From positions 64,001 through 128,000 of the forward strand of contig JBGSMV010000059.1 in the NCBI GenBank assembly GCA_041739995.1: a DNA stretch of 64,000 nucleotides, written 5' to 3'. Origin of the DNA: Bdellovibrionota bacterium. GTDB lineage: Bacteria; Bdellovibrionota_C; UBA2361; JBGSMV01. Positions 58,802-64,000 of the stretch are shown here, one piece after another; position 1 is the stretch's first letter; every line of letters starts with the position of its first letter. The position numbers and the translations under genes are program-made. Below the pieces are notes generated by a model. It was not told the origin of the DNA. It was given only the letters and a program-made list of their open reading frames with translations, and made no database searches.

Positions 58802-61510
58802 TTATGAACCTTGCTCCTGGTTCGCCGGTGGTAGCAAGACCTCACGAGGCTTCACCCCATCCATTGGGCCCACAACACCATCACGCTCCATCGTCTCAAT
58901 TATGCGAGCGGCGCGATTGTAGCCGATACGAAAGACGCGCTGAATCATGGACGTGGATGCTTGGCCCTTTTCCATCACTAACTCAACCGCCTTATCGTAC
59001 ATTTCATCGTACTCACTGCTCTCGCTAGACCCTGAGTCGCCACGATCCTTAGATTCGTCTTCGAGCGCCTGATCGCACACACGCATGATGCGATCGTCGT
59101 ACTTCGGTCCACAGGTTTGCTTGATGTGAGTCACTGCGCGCTTCACTTCATTGTCAGACACGAAAGCACCGTGCACTCGCCGTATGGCCTCCGCGCCAGG
59201 AAGCATCAGCAACATGTCGCCGCGCCCGAGCAGTCGCTCCGCTCCCATTGAGTCCAAAATCGTCCGAGAATCGACGCGGCTAGAAACTCTAAACGAAAGG
59301 CGCGCGGGGAAGTTTGCCTTAATCAACCCAGTGATAACATCCACTGACGGTCTTTGGGTCGCCACGATTAAATGAATGCCAGACGCCCGCGCCTTCTGAG
59401 CCAGGCGCGTAATCAGCTCTTCAATGTCTCGACCAGCCGCAAGCATCAAGTCGGCCAGTTCGTCTATCACGATTACTATCTTTGGAAGCGGCTTTAACTT
59501 CTCGACCGGAACTCCCGATCGGGCAAGTCTTTCGACCTCCGCCTCGGTATCAAGTGGTTCGACCGTCCCTTCCTCGATCACCTCATTGTCCGTAAGCATA
59601 ACCACTTGATCGTCCAGGGCCACCTGAGGATCCTGGTCAGGGTCCTTCTCACCGTTCACGATACGATTGTAGCCATCGATGTTTCGCACTGAATACTTCT
59701 GCATCAAGCGATAGCGCCGGTGCATTTCGTCAACCGCCCACTGCAGCACGGCCTTGGCCTGGCGTGGATTGCTGACCACTGGAACTCGCAAATGCGGAAT
59801 AGACTCGTAAAGACTAAGCTCAAGAATCTTTGGATCGATTAGAATCAAGCCTAGCTCCGACGGGTGCGCACGGTACAACAGGCTTAACAAGAACGCGTTG
59901 ATACATACTGATTTACCGGTGCCAGTCGCTCCCGCAATGAGCAAATGGGGCATCGCGGCGATGTCTATTACCACAGGCTCCCCATAGGTATCCTTTCCTA
60001 TGCAGACGCTGAGAATCGACTCTTCGTTCACGAACTGATCACTCTCTAGCACGTCACGCAGGCGCACGAGGTCTCGATGCTTGTTGGGGACTTCAATGCC
60101 GACCGTGCCGCGCTTGGGAATCGGAGCGATAATTCGAATAGAACTGGCGCGCAGGCTCATCGCAAGATCGTCTTGCAGTGCCGCAATTCGACCTACCTTT
60201 ACTCCTGGCGCTGGCTCGAATTCGAACAGAGTAATGACCGGGCCAGGATGAACCTGCGTCACTTTGCCGAGCACACCGAAGTCGCGGAGCTTGGCCTCAA
60301 TCAATTTTGATTTATCTAGTAGCTCTTCGTCGTCTTCGTGCGCTTCTGTTTGCTCTCCGCGCGTCAACAATGAGAGCGGCGGAGGCTCGTAGCCATCGAA
60401 CGAACTGGGAGTCTCGGCTACCGAGCCCGTTTCGTCGGAGGCGCCAGAGGTCGCTCCAGAAATTACTCCTGGAAGCGGGAGAGTTCGAACGAATTCTCGG
60501 TCGGATGCCCGAGACTCGCGTTGCTTACGGCTCACCACCACCCGCTTCATTTCCTCGTCAATTGAAGCGTCTTCAGTTTCCTCGTCCTCGTCCTCATCGT
60601 CATCCTCTTCCTCTTCAGACACCGCTGCGCGCTTGCTGGTAAGAGATTCCGTAGCCTGATCGACCTCCTCCTCAATTTTATTTCGACGAACACGCGCTTT
60701 CGGAAAAGAGTCCGAACGCGGCTCTTTCGCGAGCAGCTCGGGCACTCCAGACAATCGGAATGCGGCGCGAAGCACCAGAGCGATCGCACCTAATCCCCAC
60801 CACACTACTCTGGCGGCAAGAAGCGGAAGCTGTGCGATGAAACCAGCAGTAAATAACAAGGAGCGCGCGAGCCGCATTGAAACTTCAAGCACACTGAGAT
60901 TCGTGGCCATTGCCAAGGAAAGCAGCAGAATCGCGCACGAAATCAAACTGGCTCCGAGGGTATTGAACCAGTCGTGCAGGGGGCCCGCGGCAAGCATGCC
61001 GACGGATCCCCCGCCTTCCCGCCCGAAGAACACTGCTGCGGTCACGCAGGACGCAGCAAAAACTCCGCCAAATCCGAACGACTTGCGCCCCCAGTGCAGC
61101 AGCGCCCTGCCTAGGGTCTGGGAACCTTCAGAAGCCGCGGCGCGGTCTCCTTCGCCCGACCTATTGAGGCGCCAGCAGTATAAAGCGAGCCAAAAGGCAC
61201 ATAGCGCTGGTACTAAGCCGCACCAGCCCATCAGTCCCCACAGCAAAGTGCCGGTGGCGTGGCCACTAGGCCCCATCAAGTTCTCTGCGCGCTCGAGCGC
61301 GCCACCAAAACTGGCAGACGACTGGGACTGGGAATTTGCCAAGGAAGCGAGCCTCGAGAGAAAACTCAAGGTTAGAAAGCAACCCAATGCAAAGCACGCG
61401 ACTGCGCATACTTCGTCCAACCAAGTATGCGTCCAGGGATTGCCGGAACTCTTTTGCGACTTGACGCCCGGCGTCGCTCGTCTCCTTTGATTCATTCGTC
61501 TCGTTGCCAT
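58802..61510 (-). CDS. ftsK: DNA translocase FtsK
   Basis: N-terminal TM domain, PHLLIAGATGTGKS, IDELADLM, ATQRPSVDVITG and gamma domain (IGYNRAARI). Confidence 0.97.
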   Translation of the reverse strand: MATRRMNQRRRATPGVKSQKSSGNPWTHTWLDEVCAVACFALGCFLTLSFLSRLASLANSQSQSSASFGGALERAENLMGPSGHATGTLLWGLMGWCGLVPALCAFWLALYCWRLNRSGEGDRAAASEGSQTLGRALLHWGRKSFGFGGVFAASCVTAAVFFGREGGGSVGMLAAGPLHDWFNTLGASLISCAILLLSLAMATNLSVLEVSMRLARSLLFTAGFIAQLPLLAARVVWWGLGAIALVLRAAFRLSGVPELLAKEPRSDSFPKARVRRNKIEEEVDQATESLTSKRAAVSEEEEDDDEDEDEETEDASIDEEMKRVVVSRKQRESRASDREFVRTLPLPGVISGATSGASDETGSVAETPSSFDGYEPPPLSLLTRGEQTEAHEDDEELLDKSKLIEAKLRDFGVLGKVTQVHPGPVITLFEFEPAPGVKVGRIAALQDDLAMSLRASSIRIIAPIPKRGTVGIEVPNKHRDLVRLRDVLESDQFVNEESILSVCIGKDTYGEPVVIDIAAMPHLLIAGATGTGKSVCINAFLLSLLYRAHPSELGLILIDPKILELSLYESIPHLRVPVVSNPRQAKAVLQWAVDEMHRRYRLMQKYSVRNIDGYNRIVNGEKDPDQDPQVALDDQVVMLTDNEVIEEGTVEPLDTEAEVERLARSGVPVEKLKPLPKIVIVIDELADLMLAAGRDIEELITRLAQKARASGIHLIVATQRPSVDVITGLIKANFPARLSFRVSSRVDSRTILDSMGAERLLGRGDMLLMLPGAEAIRRVHGAFVSDNEVKRAVTHIKQTCGPKYDDRIMRVCDQALEDESKDRGDSGSSESSEYDEMYDKAVELVMEKGQASTSMIQRVFRIGYNRAARIIETMERDGVVGPMDGVKPREVLLPPANQEQGS

Positions 61511-61593
61511 ACGCTAACCAACTTCTTTAGTAGACAACTTCTTCAATCGACAACAAACAACCGTTCTGAGTTCCAGCAGTGCAAGCGGAAAGC

Positions 61594-62781
61594 CTACGCG
61601 CTAGGAAAAAATAGAGCGTTTCGTTCAGATGCGAGCGCTCTGGCTGCTTCACGAAATCCCGCCAAAATTAATTCTTTCTCTGACTTGAATCCAACCCCAC
61701 GGGACACGGGGACTCCTTCATTGCTTTGAAATAGGCCCTGGCCAAGTTTAAACAAGTTCTCGGAGAGTGCTTGATCTCGAAAGCTGAAATTTGCGTTCCA
61801 AATTGGGGTTCCATCAACCCCCACAAGCTCCATTGAAAACACCACCACCGCGAGCGAAGAAGCGCCCGCTCTTGAACCATCGCGCACTTGATAGTCGGAA
61901 ATAGTTGTTACCAACACACTGTCAAGATTGGCGTTCCTCGCGTTGCTTAGAAGTGTAGGCAGAGAGGGGGCTGGTCCCGTAGCGCCGAGTCCGAGCGAAT
62001 TGTCTAGGGAAGTCGAATTAAGCTTCTCGGCGCCAGCCTTCCCCGAGAGAGAATCGGGAGCGTCTTCGACGGATTTCACGTCAAGGTCAAGTTCTTGGGT
62101 AAGCGCTTCCATTAAACTACGAGCGATGCCGTCCCGCTGTGCAAGCGCCTCTCTTGCACCCGAACCGTAGGTCGGACGCGAGACCATAATAGAACTCACG
62201 CGAACCAGAGCGGCGCGACTCGTCAAATTCGAACGCAGACCCGGGCTATCCTTCTTGGAGCGCGACGAGGGCGCAGCAACGGAAAGATCATGACTCCCGC
62301 CGACTGAGTTCGAACCCTTTGCACCCACAACCTGGCCGCCCGAGTCCGAGATGCCACTTCGAGATGGAGTCATGGCGGATTTTGCTACTGCACCGATCGG
62401 CATAGTGCTTGTGGGTGAGTCGGCGCTCACTCGCGTACGCGCTGACTGAAAGCTGGGAGCGTGCCTTTCCCCAACAGGCGAGACAGAGGACGAGGTAGAA
62501 TTAGAGCAGCCTGCAGCAAACGACAGGCAAACCAAGGTCAGCGCAACACGCAACGCTGGGCACCTTCCTAGGGCACCTCCAAGATCGGTGTTGAGACCAC
62601 TTTCAACGCTCCCATCGACTGAGGGCCTCAAATTGGAAGGACTCGGGAAAACCAAACCCCGCACACGTTCTATTCTGCTCATCTTCATTTTACCTGCCAC
62701 CCTATGCTCCAGGCCCAAATTTGCACTGGAATCATTGCAGTATCTTTCAGGCTGATACTCTTCGACCATAGTTAAATTCAC
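61594..62781 (-). CDS. Putative lipoprotein with Ser-rich linker and alpha/beta C-terminal domain (start probably internal)
   Basis: Lipobox-like FAAGC; C-terminal part resembles LpoB/DUF799-type domains. Confidence 0.55.
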   Translation of the reverse strand: MNLTMVEEYQPERYCNDSSANLGLEHRVAGKMKMSRIERVRGLVFPSPSNLRPSVDGSVESGLNTDLGGALGRCPALRVALTLVCLSFAAGCSNSTSSSVSPVGERHAPSFQSARTRVSADSPTSTMPIGAVAKSAMTPSRSGISDSGGQVVGAKGSNSVGGSHDLSVAAPSSRSKKDSPGLRSNLTSRAALVRVSSIMVSRPTYGSGAREALAQRDGIARSLMEALTQELDLDVKSVEDAPDSLSGKAGAEKLNSTSLDNSLGLGATGPAPSLPTLLSNARNANLDSVLVTTISDYQVRDGSRAGASSLAVVVFSMELVGVDGTPIWNANFSFRDQALSENLFKLGQGLFQSNEGVPVSRGVGFKSEKELILAGFREAARALASERNALFFPSA

Positions 62782-62904
62782 CTACCTCAAAACTTTCCTT
62801 ATTTACGCCATGTTGAGTCTTGATTTTCAGGTTTGATTCGCTTTAGCCTCGACACTAAATCGGGCAATTATTGGTACAGCCCCTAGATTCTGGAATTATG
62901 GTTT

Positions 62905-63321
62905 ATGACCACAAAAGCTGCTGAAAAAGTTATCGAAGGCCTCACCAGTGTGATGGAGGGATTCCACGAGCTGCGTCGTGCAGTCCGAGAAGATCTCGGG
63001 GCTACGCTTGAGGGCGAGGAGGAGTCCGAGGAGACCGCAGATCCTGAGCTTGAGGCAGATGTCGAATCAGCGGTTGCTAACGAGATGCGTGCAGCGCTGG
63101 AGACTGTGCTCGAGAACGAAGAGTACTCGTCTGAGGAATTGGCCGCGATGCTTTCTTCCGTAACCGAGGCGCTTGAGGAAGTTGACCCCGACGTCTTCGC
63201 TGAAGAAGTGGAAGAACCGGTCGACGACGACCTCGACTACGACGACGATGACGATGACGATGACGATGATCTTGGTGATTTGGACGAGGATGAGGACGAG
63301 GCAGAAGAAGAGGACCAGTAA
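62905..63321 (+). CDS. Highly acidic hypothetical protein
   Basis: 138 aa with about 58 D/E by hand count; helical core and poly-D/E tail. Confidence 0.75.
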   Translation: MTTKAAEKVIEGLTSVMEGFHELRRAVREDLGATLEGEEESEETADPELEADVESAVANEMRAALETVLENEEYSSEELAAMLSSVTEALEEVDPDVFAEEVEEPVDDDLDYDDDDDDDDDDLGDLDEDEDEAEEEDQ

Positions 63322-63508
63322 TCGATCGCGTCCTTTCAGTCTCTTAAGCGCCTACCCCCGCCAGTTTAACGATCGGCTTTTACCAAATGCTGACCGTACA
63401 TCAGCGACCAGTGGTAGCAGCGACCAGCAGCAGCGACCAATAGCTCGGCCTAACCAAAAATTGGAATTTCGGCGCTAATGTCGAATTCTCGAATGGCCCA
63501 AACCTCGA

Positions 63509-64000
63509 CTACTTCTTATGGACTCTAAGAGCCTTAACTACATCTGCTGCCCGCTTAGACAGTGAATTTGCATCTGCTACCTTTAGAAGCTCAGTAAGGT
63601 CGATAGTACCTTCCCGAAGATGCATTAATGCGTCATCAACCATGGAGATAAAACCATCGCTCAGGGCAGCTTGCAGGAGTTCATGGACCGCAACCTGACC
63701 TTTTGCGATCATCGCCTTTTCAGCGTCGCCCGGCAGCCAAAGCTCAGCGATCACTTTACGCCCTGAGTAGCCTGTTCCCTTGCAGCCCTCGCAGTCAGAA
63801 CCTGACGCAGTCTTGCCGCTTGAACGAAAAAGGTGAAACGACTCCCCTGCATTCACCACTCCCGCAGCCGCCCCTAAAATCTCCTTAATGTCCGAGGCTG
63901 CATCAAAAGGCTCTTTGCAATCACCACAAAGACAGCGGACCAAACGCTGACTGAGTACTCCTCGCAAAGCATCATGGAGTTCTGGTCCAGAAATTCCCAA
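63509..64000 (-). CDS. PilB/GspE-family secretion ATPase, C-terminal part (truncated by window edge)
   Basis: SQRLVRCLC..C...C..C.GTGYSGR...AE zinc motif. Confidence 0.88.
   Translation of the reverse strand: MGISGPELHDALRGVLSQRLVRCLCGDCKEPFDAASDIKEILGAAAGVVNAGESFHLFRSSGKTASGSDCEGCKGTGYSGRKVIAELWLPGDAEKAMIAKGQVAVHELLQAALSDGFISMVDDALMHLREGTIDLTELLKVADANSLSKRAADVVKALRVHKK

Noticed and set aside
60837..61490. 217-aa antisense ORF in ftsK and similar shadow ORFs across the window
   Set aside because: They lie wholly opposite well-supported genes and are expected from codon bias.

Overview
A 64-kb chromosomal segment of mostly minus-strand housekeeping genes from a Gram-negative bacterium. The deltaproteobacteria-like affiliation (Bdellovibrionota/Myxococcota-type) is my inference from protein style. 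Contents in order: the end of an acyl-CoA carboxylase operon, an O-antigen-ligase-like gene, dnaG-rpoD, pyrR-pyrB-pyrC-carA-carB-greA, a Ser/Thr kinase, an NtrC-type regulator, rho, rpsB-tsf-pyrH-frr-uppS-cdsA-dxr-rseP-tsaB, purB-purS-purQ, tal-zwf-opcA-pgl, ftsK-lolA-rimO and a partial PilB/GspE ATPase. I found no tRNA, rRNA, CRISPR, prophage or transposase. Most notable observations: (1) an operon with a putative sigma54 promoter encoding cytochrome c, TlpA, a DUF4266-like lipoprotein, a DUF3570-like barrel with two DxxSGAS flavinylation motifs and an apparently signal-less ApbE, a candidate trans-outer-membrane electron conduit; (2) a PyrR-binding hairpin that sequesters the SD of an 85-codon leader ORF rather than pyrR itself, suggesting Rho-type attenuation; (3) three copies of a 141-bp IS630-like MITE, one inserted in a stop codon, plus a second dispersed repeat family; (4) a candidate sigma54-dependent sRNA downstream of the NtrC-like operon; (5) long disordered tails on Rho, RpoD and S2; (6) many intergenic tandem micro-duplications. 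All calls come from reading the sequence; no searches were run.
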